Shown: positions 27,921 through 35,413, counted from the first letter of the stretch. The stretch is DNA of 64,000 nt from Clostridia bacterium (GCA_017436645.1 JAFSCR010000012.1:1123-65122), one strand, 5' to 3'. The notes: generated by a model from the letters alone, not told the origin. Numbers and translations: made by a program.

Positions 27921-27949
27921 TTGACAACCGCTATTTTCTGTTGTATACT
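27921..27949 (+). promoter_or_regulatory. sigma-70 promoter TTGACA-17-TATACT for perR-rbr
   Basis: consensus hexamers upstream of the perR RBS GGAGGTGGCG. Confidence 0.55.
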
Positions 27950-27990
27950 AAAACAGTAATAATTCCTATTATTATTTTGGAGGTGGCGAA

Positions 27991-28374
27991 ATGCAAAAAC
28001 GAAGTCGGCAACGTGAGCTTCTTCTGGAAATTCTTTGCGGCACCACCTGTCATCCGGATGCGGACTGGGTCTTTTCCAAAATGCGGGAGAAAATGCCGAA
28101 TGTGTCCTTAGGCACCGTATACCGCAATCTTGCCCGTCTTTCCGAAGAAGGCGTTATTCTGAAGCTGGATGTAGGGCAAGGTGCGGATAGGTTTGACGGC
28201 TGCAATGACCCCCATTACCATCTGGCCTGCCGCTGCTGTGGCGCCGTAGTAGATGTGCCCATGGCATACACCCCGGCATTAAATGATACGGCAAAAAAAG
28301 AAAGCGGCTGTGAAATTGAAAGTCACTCCCTTTTGTTTTTCGGTAAATGCCCGTCCTGTACGGGAATAAAATAA
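27991..28374 (+). CDS. perR: Fur-family peroxide-responsive repressor (PerR-like)
   Basis: 127 aa; Fur-family layout with C-terminal CxxC...CxxC structural zinc site; directly upstream of rubrerythrin. Confidence 0.7.
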   Translation: MQKRSRQRELLLEILCGTTCHPDADWVFSKMREKMPNVSLGTVYRNLARLSEEGVILKLDVGQGADRFDGCNDPHYHLACRCCGAVVDVPMAYTPALNDTAKKESGCEIESHSLLFFGKCPSCTGIK

Positions 28375-28408
28375 AAAATGAATGAAAATTTTTTGGAGGA
28401 ATGAAAGT

Positions 28409-28951
28409 ATGAAAAAATTTGTATGTGCAATCTGTGGTTATGTTCACGAAGGCAATGAAGCCCCTGCCGCTTGCCCCCAGTGCAAAGCGCCGGCTTCTAA
28501 ATTCTCCGAGCAGGCAGGCGAAAAATCCTGGGCTGCAGAACATATTGTAGGCGTAGCAAAAGGTGTAGACCCCGAAATCATCGAAGGTCTCCGCATGAAC
28601 TTTACAGGTGAATGCACCGAAGTCGGCATGTACCTTGCCATGGCAAGAGTTGCCCATCGTGAAGGCTATCCCGAAATCGGTCTTTACTGGGAAAAGGCAG
28701 CTTATGAAGAAGCCGAACACGCTGCAAAGTTTGCAGAACTTCTCGGCGAAGTTGTAACCGACAGCACAAAGAAAAACCTGGAACTTCGCATTGACGCCGA
28801 AAACGGCGCAACACAGGGTAAATTTGACCTTGCAAAACGTGCAAAAGAACTGAATCTCGACGCTATTCACGACACCGTTCATGAAATGGCAAGGGATGAA
28901 GCAAGACATGGCAAGGCTTTCGAGGGACTTTTGAAGAGATATTTTGGTTAA
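28409..28951 (+). CDS. rbr: rubrerythrin-family protein with N-terminal rubredoxin-like CxxC...CxxC domain (reverse rubrerythrin)
   Basis: ORF track 28382..28951; start [15 protein letters not shown]... with GGAGGAATGAAAGT RBS; ferritin-like ExxH di-iron motifs ([22 protein letters not shown]). Confidence 0.8.
   Translation: MKKFVCAICGYVHEGNEAPAACPQCKAPASKFSEQAGEKSWAAEHIVGVAKGVDPEIIEGLRMNFTGECTEVGMYLAMARVAHREGYPEIGLYWEKAAYEEAEHAAKFAELLGEVVTDSTKKNLELRIDAENGATQGKFDLAKRAKELNLDAIHDTVHEMARDEARHGKAFEGLLKRYFG
28895..28951 (+). repeat. direct repeat copy 1 (native rbr 3' end, encodes [18 protein letters not shown]-stop)
   Basis: 57-bp segment repeated at 30348-30404 and 34010-34066 with synonymous differences. 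Confidence 0.8.
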
Positions 28952-28978
28952 TCTAAAATGTTGAAATAACAACACTTA

Positions 28979-29034
28979 AAAACCCCTTAACAGTAGGCAT
29001 TACCTATTGTCAAGGGGTTTAATTTTTATATTTT
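28979..29034 (+). terminator. terminator hairpin after rbr (AAACCCCTTAACA...TGTCAAGGGGTTT + T-rich)
   Basis: 13-bp imperfect inverted repeat followed by AATTTTTATATTTT. Confidence 0.4.
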
Positions 29035-29092
29035 CAAAATGGTTATTCAAATTGTGGTTGAAATCTCAACATTACAGTAAAATTGATGTTCA

Positions 29093-29232
29093 AACTGGCA
29101 ACAACTGGCGTTTTGAAGGTCATTTAAATAGTATTTTAGATACAACTGGCAACAAATTGCCGGTTAATCTCTTGAAAGTCTTGTCCTGCAAGGGTTTGAT
29201 GGTTGTTATAGAAGCAAATTTTGTTGCCAGTT
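29093..29232. repeat. three copies of 12-mer AACTGGCAACAA (two direct, one inverted); candidate arm-type recombinase or regulator binding sites
   Basis: AACTGGCAACAA at ~29093 and ~29144, TTGTTGCCAGTT at ~29221; also palindrome GTTGAAATCTCAAC at ~29057. Confidence 0.5.
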
Positions 29233-29325
29233 GCACACACTTTATGAAGTTAATTTATATAAACATATTTACATAATAGATAATTTAAGGTATAATTATA
29301 AAAAAATAAATTTGGAGGACTTTTT

Positions 29326-30273
29326 ATGAATAAGTCAGTAAAAATATTATCAATTATTTCTATTATACTTTCTCTCATAGGTGTTTTACTTGCTACAGCA
29401 ATTTTGACATTTCTTTGGGAGCCGATTAATGTTTTGTTAAATAGTCCTGAAGTTATTGCAAAAGCTACACCTATCATTCCAAGAGGAAATATGGTATATA
29501 TATTAGGATGTGTTATTATTTCTTTAGTTCTTCTTGCGAGTTATAAATCAAGAAAGTTTATTGTAATTGAGATTTTATCAATAGTTTTCTTAAGTTTTCT
29601 TCTTCCTTGTTTAACTTATAGACTTGAATTGAATCAAACTATGCTGGTAGGACATACTATGGGTAGCAATTCTATAGCTATCTTAGGGACTGCAAATAGT
29701 ATAATGGCTATTCCAGTAGGTTTTGTAAACTTGTCCGTTGCATTGAGCTTGATAACAAGCGGAATTAGAATTATAGAAAAAGTTTTTTCGAACAAGAAAA
29801 TACCGATTAATGTATTATCAATAATTTCGGTAATTATTTCTGCTATTTCATTTTTGATTTCGATAGCTGTATTAACAATCTTCTGGGAACCAATGGTTTC
29901 ACTCTATGTTTCCTCAGTTGATATTATTAATTACCGACCGATTTTACCTATTGGAAGTGTTTTATACATAGTTGCTTGCTTAATTATCTCGATTATTCTT
30001 GTAATTAGCAAAAAATCAAATGGATCTTTTGCAATTGAGATTATCACAATGTCATTGTTGGGCTTCGGAGTTCCGGTTTTGATGTGGATTTTAAATTTGG
30101 TGCAACAATTTAACGTAAACGCTATTGGCGTCAGTGCTGTAACAGAATTTCTTATATCAAACAAGGTGCTTGTATCTTCAATTGGTATTATGAAATTATC
30201 TTCAGCTATATGCTTGGTGGTTTGTGGAATGCGAATAGCATACAAAAACAATTATAAAAAAACAATGCAGTAA
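29326..30273 (+). CDS. integral membrane protein with internal tandem duplication (2 x ~155 aa), unknown function
   Basis: halves align: VKILSIISIILSLIGVLLATAILTFLWEPINVLL...PIIPRGNMVYILGCVIISLVLLASYKS versus INVLSIISVIISAISFLISIAVLTIFWEPMVSLY...PILPIGSVLYIVACLIISIILVISKKS; RBS GGAGGA. Confidence 0.6.
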   Translation: MNKSVKILSIISIILSLIGVLLATAILTFLWEPINVLLNSPEVIAKATPIIPRGNMVYILGCVIISLVLLASYKSRKFIVIEILSIVFLSFLLPCLTYRLELNQTMLVGHTMGSNSIAILGTANSIMAIPVGFVNLSVALSLITSGIRIIEKVFSNKKIPINVLSIISVIISAISFLISIAVLTIFWEPMVSLYVSSVDIINYRPILPIGSVLYIVACLIISIILVISKKSNGSFAIEIITMSLLGFGVPVLMWILNLVQQFNVNAIGVSAVTEFLISNKVLVSSIGIMKLSSAICLVVCGMRIAYKNNYKKTMQ

Positions 30274-30347
30274 ATGGCTATTGATAAAAATTAGTCCACG
30301 TTGAATTTACAGCAAAAAACTGATAAATTCAATTTGATAATAACTAT

Positions 30348-30404
30348 GACGAAGCTCGTCACGGCAAGGCATTCGAAGGTCTTTTAAAGAGATACTTTAA
30401 GTAA
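30348..30404 (+). repeat. direct repeat copy 2 (encodes [18 protein letters not shown]-stop, AT-rich codons)
   Basis: GACGAAGCTCGTCACGGCAAGGCATTCGAAGGTCTTTTAAAGAGATACTTTAAGTAA. Confidence 0.8.
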
Positions 30405-30473
30405 GATACAAAAACCAACAGGAGCAAAGGCTTTGAGCCTTTGCTCCTTGTCTTTTCCATATATTTGGATTTG

Positions 30474-31010
30474 TTAGTTTAATTTATGCAATAAAAAGTA
30501 AGGTTTCCTTCCCACTTGAATCAAATTTGTCACATCAGAAATATCATAATCGTTCTTTTTATACACTTGCAAAAATTCCTGTTCGCTTGAATAAATCATT
30601 TCTTGTCCATACCACGATTTAGATGATTGCGGAGTAAGCTCTAAATATACTGCTTTACCTTCTGCAACAAATGTAAGTATTGTATGTACTTTGTTTTTCT
30701 TCTTGTTATATATTAACCATATTTTATTCGAAACACTTAGATTATCAAGAATTGATTTCATTACTACGACAGCATCTACACAGGTCCCGATTTTTTCCTT
30801 CAGCGTGACAGACGGATCTTGAACCGTGTAAATCGTTTTAGAAAAATGATCGTATTCTTTGTCAAAACCCTTATCCATGTTTGGCTTGTATTTTTTACCT
30901 TCCACAATAAAGCCATATTCAAAACCGTTGTTATATAATTCCGCCCGCAGTATATCACATATTTCTTTGATGCTCATTTTTGTATTTTCCCCGTCCATGT
31001 TTATATTCAA
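30474..31010 (-). CDS. hypothetical protein (178 aa), possible Cys/His hydrolase fold
   Basis: ORF in island 2 on the opposite strand; contains GTCVDAVVVM (Cys) and KVHTILTF (His) about 37 aa apart, loosely papain/NlpC-like spacing; no firm family assignment. Confidence 0.4.
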   Translation of the reverse strand: MNINMDGENTKMSIKEICDILRAELYNNGFEYGFIVEGKKYKPNMDKGFDKEYDHFSKTIYTVQDPSVTLKEKIGTCVDAVVVMKSILDNLSVSNKIWLIYNKKKNKVHTILTFVAEGKAVYLELTPQSSKSWYGQEMIYSSEQEFLQVYKKNDYDISDVTNLIQVGRKPYFLLHKLN

Positions 31011-31180
31011 ACCGCTTTTATGCCTTCAGTATATCATAAGTGCGCTGCTATTTCAATACAGATCATGGTGTTTTGTCTACTTAAAACTAAAAAATATATC
31101 ATGTAAAAGAAAATGGTGAAATGCTGGCACACAAAATCTCCTATTTTTATTTAACTTTCTTAAGCCTTTGCGAAAATATA

Positions 31181-31209
31181 TTGAATTTATATGATGTTTG
31201 TGTTATAAT
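31181..31209 (+). promoter_or_regulatory. promoter TTGAAT-17-TATAAT upstream of the XRE-Fic-DUF262-HEPN cassette
   Basis: near-consensus hexamers with 17-nt spacer about 30 nt before the XRE gene. Confidence 0.45.
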
Positions 31210-31242
31210 ATAGAATAATGAATTATAATTGAGGTGACCATT

Positions 31243-31452
31243 TTGACTATATCTTATAATAAGCTATGGAAATTATTGATAGATAAAAAACTAAGTAAGG
31301 TTGCCTTGCGTAAAAATGCCGATATTGCACCAAATACAATGACAAAGTTACGGCGAGATGAGCCGGTTTCTATGTTGATACTTTTAAAAATAGCTGAATA
31401 TCTGGAATGTGATATAAGTGATATGTGTGAATTTGTAAAGGAGGAAAAGTAA
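31243..31452 (+). CDS. XRE-family helix-turn-helix DNA-binding protein (Cro/CI-type)
   Basis: ORF track 31234..31452 (GTG); TTG at 31243 has better RBS spacing (GAGGTGA). HTH_3/HTH_26-like LSKVALRKNADIAPNTMTKLRRDE; stop 1 nt before the Fic start. Confidence 0.65.
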   Translation: MTISYNKLWKLLIDKKLSKVALRKNADIAPNTMTKLRRDEPVSMLILLKIAEYLECDISDMCEFVKEEK

Positions 31453-31453
31453 T

Positions 31454-32182
31454 ATGAACTTTGAGAGAATACAAAAAAAGAAACTTAAATACGAACAAAA
31501 CAAGCATAAGATAAGTCCGATTACTTTATCTTCCTACGAAAAAGATTTTGAGCTTACTTTTACTCACAATTCAACTGCTATTGAAGGAAACACTCTGACT
31601 CTCATGGAAACAAAAGTTGTTTTGGAAGACGGAGTTGCAATAGGCGGAAAAGAGCTTCGTGAAATATACGAGGTTATTAATCATAAAAAAGCATATGGTT
31701 ATGTAAAAAAATGCATTGCAGAAAAGAAACCCATAGATGAGAATATCGTTAAAGACCTACATGCAATACTTACAGAAAATATAATAGTTGGCGGTATATA
31801 CAGGAATGAAGAAGTTCGTATAAGCGGTGCGGGATTTACACCTCCTGCCGGAAACGAAATGTATATGCAGATTAAAAAGTTCTATGAAGATTTAAAAATA
31901 AAAGAAAAAGAATTAAACACGATAGAACTTGCTGCATGGACACATGCTGAGTTTGTACGAATTCACCCATTTGTTGACGGTAACGGAAGAACAGGCCGCC
32001 TGATTATGAATTATCAGCTTTTGCTTAACGGATACCTGCCCGTTTCTGTTGCCAAGGAAAATAGACTTGAGTACTATAATGCGCTTGAACAATATGCAGT
32101 AAATGGAGATTTGGCTGTTTTTGCGGACTTCGTTGCAGAATTAGAAGAAGTGCAGTTAGATGAATACATGAAATTGATGTAA
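31454..32182 (+). CDS. Fic/Doc family protein (Fido domain), class II with N-terminal inhibitory motif
   Basis: active-site HPFVDGNGRTGR fits HxFx(D/E)GNGRxxR; inhibitory-helix motif STAIEG fits (S/T)xxxE(G/N) about 40 aa from the N-terminus. Confidence 0.85.
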   Translation: MNFERIQKKKLKYEQNKHKISPITLSSYEKDFELTFTHNSTAIEGNTLTLMETKVVLEDGVAIGGKELREIYEVINHKKAYGYVKKCIAEKKPIDENIVKDLHAILTENIIVGGIYRNEEVRISGAGFTPPAGNEMYMQIKKFYEDLKIKEKELNTIELAAWTHAEFVRIHPFVDGNGRTGRLIMNYQLLLNGYLPVSVAKENRLEYYNALEQYAVNGDLAVFADFVAELEEVQLDEYMKLM

Positions 32183-32239
32183 TACGTCTGGAATAATAAT
32201 ATAGTTTGAGTAATATAATATTAGGAGGAAAACATAAAC

Positions 32240-33394
32240 ATGGATACTAATTGGTATGTAGATTATAATGATGATATGGAGGAAAGCGTGAAAGAATACG
32301 ATATAACAGCGACTCCAAACGATTTTAATATTATGACAATTTTTAGTTTGATTGATAATGGAGTAATTAAAATGCCTCCATTTCAACGCAATTATGTATG
32401 GGATGAAAAAAGGGCATCTAAACTCATAGAGTCTATTATATTAGGATTGCCGGTTCCTCAAGTATTTTTATATGAACAGGATAAAAATAGCTTTTATGTC
32501 ATTGATGGTCAGCAACGCCTTTTATCAATATACTTTTTCATAAAACAAAGATTTCCAACAAAAGAGGGAAAAGTAGCTCTCAGGCAATATCTTATGGGGG
32601 ATACAAAGATTAATGATGAGATTTTGGCTGACGATAAACTTTTTAGAAACTTCAAACTCAGATTACCTGCTTTAGCAAACGAGGAACAAAACAAATTTGA
32701 TAAATTAAAATACGACCAATTGGGTGATTATAAAAATACATTTGAAATAATGAGAACAATACGTTCAGTTGTTATTAAGCAAAACGAACCAGATGACGAT
32801 TCTTCTATTTATGAGATATTTAATAGGTTAAATACCGGCGGGCAGAATCTATCTCCTCAGGAAATAAGAATGAGTTTATATTATTCAGAATTCTACAAAG
32901 AACTGATTCATTTAAACGAAAATCCTGTATGGAGAAAATTTTTAAGAAGAGATGTTTGTGATGTTCATTTTAAAGATGTTGAGATATTGCTACGTGCATT
33001 CGCAATGTTGTTAGAATACAAATCATATCGTTCTCCTATGGGTAAATTTCTTAACACATTCTCAAAAAAGACAAGTAATTTTAAAAGTGAAACATTAAGC
33101 TATTTATCGTCGTTGTTTTTATCATTCTTAGATAGTTGTAAAAATTTAGATGATAATATTTTCTGTACAAAAAATGGACAGTTTGCAATTTCTTTGTTTG
33201 AGGCGGTATTTGTCGCTGCATGTTACAAATGTTTGGAAGAGAAGAAGACCTTAGACGGAAATCTTAGTCAAGATAGCATTTTAGAATTAAAAGAAAATAA
33301 AAAGTTTATAGACTCAAATCAAGGCAGTGTTGCCTCAAAAACAAACTTAACAACACGAATCGAAAAAGCAATTGAGATAATTAAGTTTGAATAG
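32240..33394 (+). CDS. DUF262 (ParB/Srx-like nuclease-fold, GmrSD N-terminal-type) domain protein
   Basis: hallmark motifs PFQRNYVWD and DGQQRL in the first 100 aa; 384 aa; no DUF1524/HNH C-terminal partner domain recognised. Confidence 0.75.
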   Translation: MDTNWYVDYNDDMEESVKEYDITATPNDFNIMTIFSLIDNGVIKMPPFQRNYVWDEKRASKLIESIILGLPVPQVFLYEQDKNSFYVIDGQQRLLSIYFFIKQRFPTKEGKVALRQYLMGDTKINDEILADDKLFRNFKLRLPALANEEQNKFDKLKYDQLGDYKNTFEIMRTIRSVVIKQNEPDDDSSIYEIFNRLNTGGQNLSPQEIRMSLYYSEFYKELIHLNENPVWRKFLRRDVCDVHFKDVEILLRAFAMLLEYKSYRSPMGKFLNTFSKKTSNFKSETLSYLSSLFLSFLDSCKNLDDNIFCTKNGQFAISLFEAVFVAACYKCLEEKKTLDGNLSQDSILELKENKKFIDSNQGSVASKTNLTTRIEKAIEIIKFE

Positions 33395-33404
33395 GAGGTT
33401 TTTT

Positions 33405-33923
33405 ATGTCATCTCCTATTCAAAAATTTATTGAAGATTATAAGAATTTAAATAATTTTCTTATTTCGAATGGACAAATTTCATCTTCGGTAGATATAAAT
33501 GAACATTACAGAAAAATTCTTCTATTATCCTGTGCCAGTTATTATGAAACGCAGATAATTGATATTTTGAAAGCGTTTGTAAAACTAAATTCTACTGACG
33601 ATAGAATATTTTCGTTTATGAATAATAAAGCTATTCAACGGCAGTATTATACATATTTTGATTGGGATCAAACAAGTAATATAAATAAATTTTTAGGAAT
33701 GTTTGGTGAAGAATTCAAAACAACGATTTCGAACGAAATAAAGAGAAATAATGATTTAACATTGCAAGTAAAAGCTTTTCTTGAAATAGGTTCAGAAAGA
33801 AATAAAATGGTTCATAGGAATTTTTTGGAATATAAACTTGATAAAACATTTGATGAAATTACAGAGCTACATAATAAAGCACAATTATTTATAGAGTATA
33901 TAAGACAAAAATTATGCGATTAA
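33405..33923 (+). CDS. HEPN-like protein (Rx4H motif, MAE_28990/Abi-like), putative RNase partner of DUF262
   Basis: ORF track 33387..33923; start MSSPIQKF with AGGAGG RBS 6 nt upstream, 10 nt after the DUF262 stop. Candidate HEPN motif ERNKMVHRNF (R-x4-H) near the C-terminus; all-helical character. Confidence 0.5.
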   Translation: MSSPIQKFIEDYKNLNNFLISNGQISSSVDINEHYRKILLLSCASYYETQIIDILKAFVKLNSTDDRIFSFMNNKAIQRQYYTYFDWDQTSNINKFLGMFGEEFKTTISNEIKRNNDLTLQVKAFLEIGSERNKMVHRNFLEYKLDKTFDEITELHNKAQLFIEYIRQKLCD

Positions 33924-34009
33924 ATTTTCTTGCATAATTTTACAAAATATGCTATAATAAAACTATAAAACAGATGCAACGACAAAAGACTTTTTGATTG
34001 GACCTCTGT

Positions 34010-34066
34010 GACGAAGCTCGACACGGTAAGGCATTCGAAGGTCTTTTAAAGAGATACTTTGGTTAA
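34010..34066 (+). repeat. direct repeat copy 3 (encodes [18 protein letters not shown]-stop)
   Basis: GACGAAGCTCGACACGGTAAGGCATTCGAAGGTCTTTTAAAGAGATACTTTGGTTAA; immediately followed by the RBS of the bfd-like gene. Confidence 0.8.
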
Positions 34067-34084
34067 AGAAAAGGAGGTCTTCCC

Positions 34085-34288
34085 GTGGAAAACTATATGG
34101 TTTGTAACTGCAAACAGGTAAGTCATTTTGACATTGTGGATGCTATGCAGAAAAGCACACACTTTGATGATGTGCTCCTCGCTTTTGAGGATGTGCAGAA
34201 GCTGACAAACTGTTCTACCGGTTGCGGCGGATGTTATCCCAAGGTTCTGGATATTATTTCTGAAATCATGCAGGGAAATGTTCGTTAA
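34085..34288 (+). CDS. BFD-like [2Fe-2S]-binding domain protein (bacterioferritin-associated ferredoxin-like)
   Basis: GTG start with AAGGAGG RBS; Cys pattern CxC...CxxC (MVCNCKQV...CSTGCGGC) typical of BFD-like domain; 67 aa. Confidence 0.65.
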   Translation: MENYMVCNCKQVSHFDIVDAMQKSTHFDDVLLAFEDVQKLTNCSTGCGGCYPKVLDIISEIMQGNVR

Positions 34289-34303
34289 ATACGCTTTGAA
34301 AAG

Positions 34304-34331
34304 GTCACGCCCCACGGGGCGTGATTTTTTT
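34304..34331 (+). terminator. rho-independent terminator (GTCACGCCCC..GGGGCGTGA + T7)
   Basis: GC-rich hairpin followed by a T-run right after the bfd-like stop. Confidence 0.6.
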
Positions 34332-34421
34332 ATGTAAAAATAATTTTAGTGTACTGTTTTTGGGACACCTTCTTTACTATACTGATATTGTAAGCAAAAG
34401 AAAGTATTGGAGGTACAAACG

Positions 34422-34742
34422 ATGAAAACAAGAGAAAATTCTTCTTATAACAGAAAATTTGCCGAAGTTTATGAAATGGTTATGGAAAACGGAAACACGG
34501 CTTTAAAACCCCTGGCACCCCTTCCCGCTCGCCCCAATTTATATCTTGTGCCGAAAACGGATGTGGCCGAGGCGAGGGAAGATGCCCCCTGTCGCCCCCA
34601 TTCTCTTTCAAAATACATTCTGGGCTTTGTGGGACTTGCCTGCCTTTTTGCGCTCCTTGGCCATAGTGGCGCCCTCGTTGGCGATTTGCTCGGCTGTGGC
34701 GCCGTTGCGTATTTTGCCACAAGAAGCCTTGTGGAAGAATAA
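34422..34742 (+). CDS. small membrane protein, unknown function
   Basis: ORF track 34407..34742; ATG at 34422 with GGAGGTACAAAC RBS; C-terminal hydrophobic segments; followed by a hairpin. Confidence 0.45.
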   Translation: MKTRENSSYNRKFAEVYEMVMENGNTALKPLAPLPARPNLYLVPKTDVAEAREDAPCRPHSLSKYILGFVGLACLFALLGHSGALVGDLLGCGAVAYFATRSLVEE

Positions 34743-34822
34743 AAGCATCCCCCCTCGCCTTCTCCCTCCCCATATATAGCATGAGGAAATGCAAGGCGCC
34801 TTGCGTTTCCTTATGCAAAAAT

Positions 34823-34851
34823 TGACTTTTCCTTGCACCTGTGCTATACTT
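34823..34851 (+). promoter_or_regulatory. promoter TTGACT-17-TATACT for the PAP2 gene
   Basis: near-consensus hexamers with 17-nt spacer. Confidence 0.45.
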
Positions 34852-34876
34852 TTAAAAAAACGTGCCGAGGAAAACA

Positions 34877-35413
34877 ATGCTTGAAACGATTTATCACTAT
34901 GATTTTTTAATACTGGACTTTCTAAGAGACCATTTGCATTGTCCCTTTCTGGATGGGGTGATGCCCGTTTTCTCCTTTCTCGGGAACGGGGGCGCTTTGT
35001 GGCTTTTAGTGACGCTTTACCTCATCACTACGAAAAAACACCGAAGGCACGGTGTCCTTCTGCTCATCGGCCTTGCAGTAGGGTTTATCTGTGTAAGCCT
35101 TCTTTTAAAGCCCCTCATCGCACGGCCCCGCCCCTCCTGGCTTATGCCCGAGGTTCTGCTTTTAATTCCGAATCCTGCGGATTTTTCTTTTCCGTCAGGG
35201 CACACCATGGCATCCTTCGTCGCTGCCTTTCTTCTTCTGAAATACCGTCGTCCCTTAGGACTTGCGGCACTCCCCGTGGCAATTTTAATTGCCTTTTCAA
35301 GGCTGTATCTTTATGTGCATTACCCGAGCGATGTGCTGTTTTCCATTCTCCTTGCCGCCATGGTTTCATTTTTAATTATAAAATTCGATAAAAGAAGGAG
35401 CTGTTCAAAATGA
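34877..35413 (+). CDS. PAP2-family phosphatase (undecaprenyl-diphosphatase-like)
   Basis: ORF track 34862..35413; PAP2 motifs KPLIARPRP, PSGHT, SRLYLYVHYPSDV. Confidence 0.8.
   Translation: MLETIYHYDFLILDFLRDHLHCPFLDGVMPVFSFLGNGGALWLLVTLYLITTKKHRRHGVLLLIGLAVGFICVSLLLKPLIARPRPSWLMPEVLLLIPNPADFSFPSGHTMASFVAAFLLLKYRRPLGLAALPVAILIAFSRLYLYVHYPSDVLFSILLAAMVSFLIIKFDKRRSCSK

Larger units (their letters stand above)
28952..30404 (+). mobile_element. low-GC inserted segment 1 (about 1.45 kb) bounded by rbr-3'-end repeats; carries one membrane-protein gene; no recombinase
   Basis: GC drops to about 30% versus about 50% in flanks; starts immediately after the rbr stop and ends with repeat copy 2. Confidence 0.55.
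30405..34066 (+). mobile_element. low-GC inserted segment 2 (about 3.66 kb) bounded by repeat copies 2 and 3; carries XRE-Fic-DUF262-HEPN cassette plus one divergent gene; no recombinase
   Basis: AT-rich composition, atypical codon usage, bounded by the rbr-3'-end repeats; copy 3 is followed 18 nt later by the bfd-like gene, whose GC content is normal for this genome. Confidence 0.55.

Noticed and set aside
29007-29276. 89-aa plus-strand ORF spanning the 12-mer repeat region of insertion 1
   Set aside because: No RBS, runs through the repeat/arm-like region and a terminator; more likely non-coding.
34046-34315. 89-aa minus-strand ORF antisense to the BFD-like gene and repeat copy 3
   Set aside because: Antisense to a well-supported small gene with RBS and Cys motif; no independent support.
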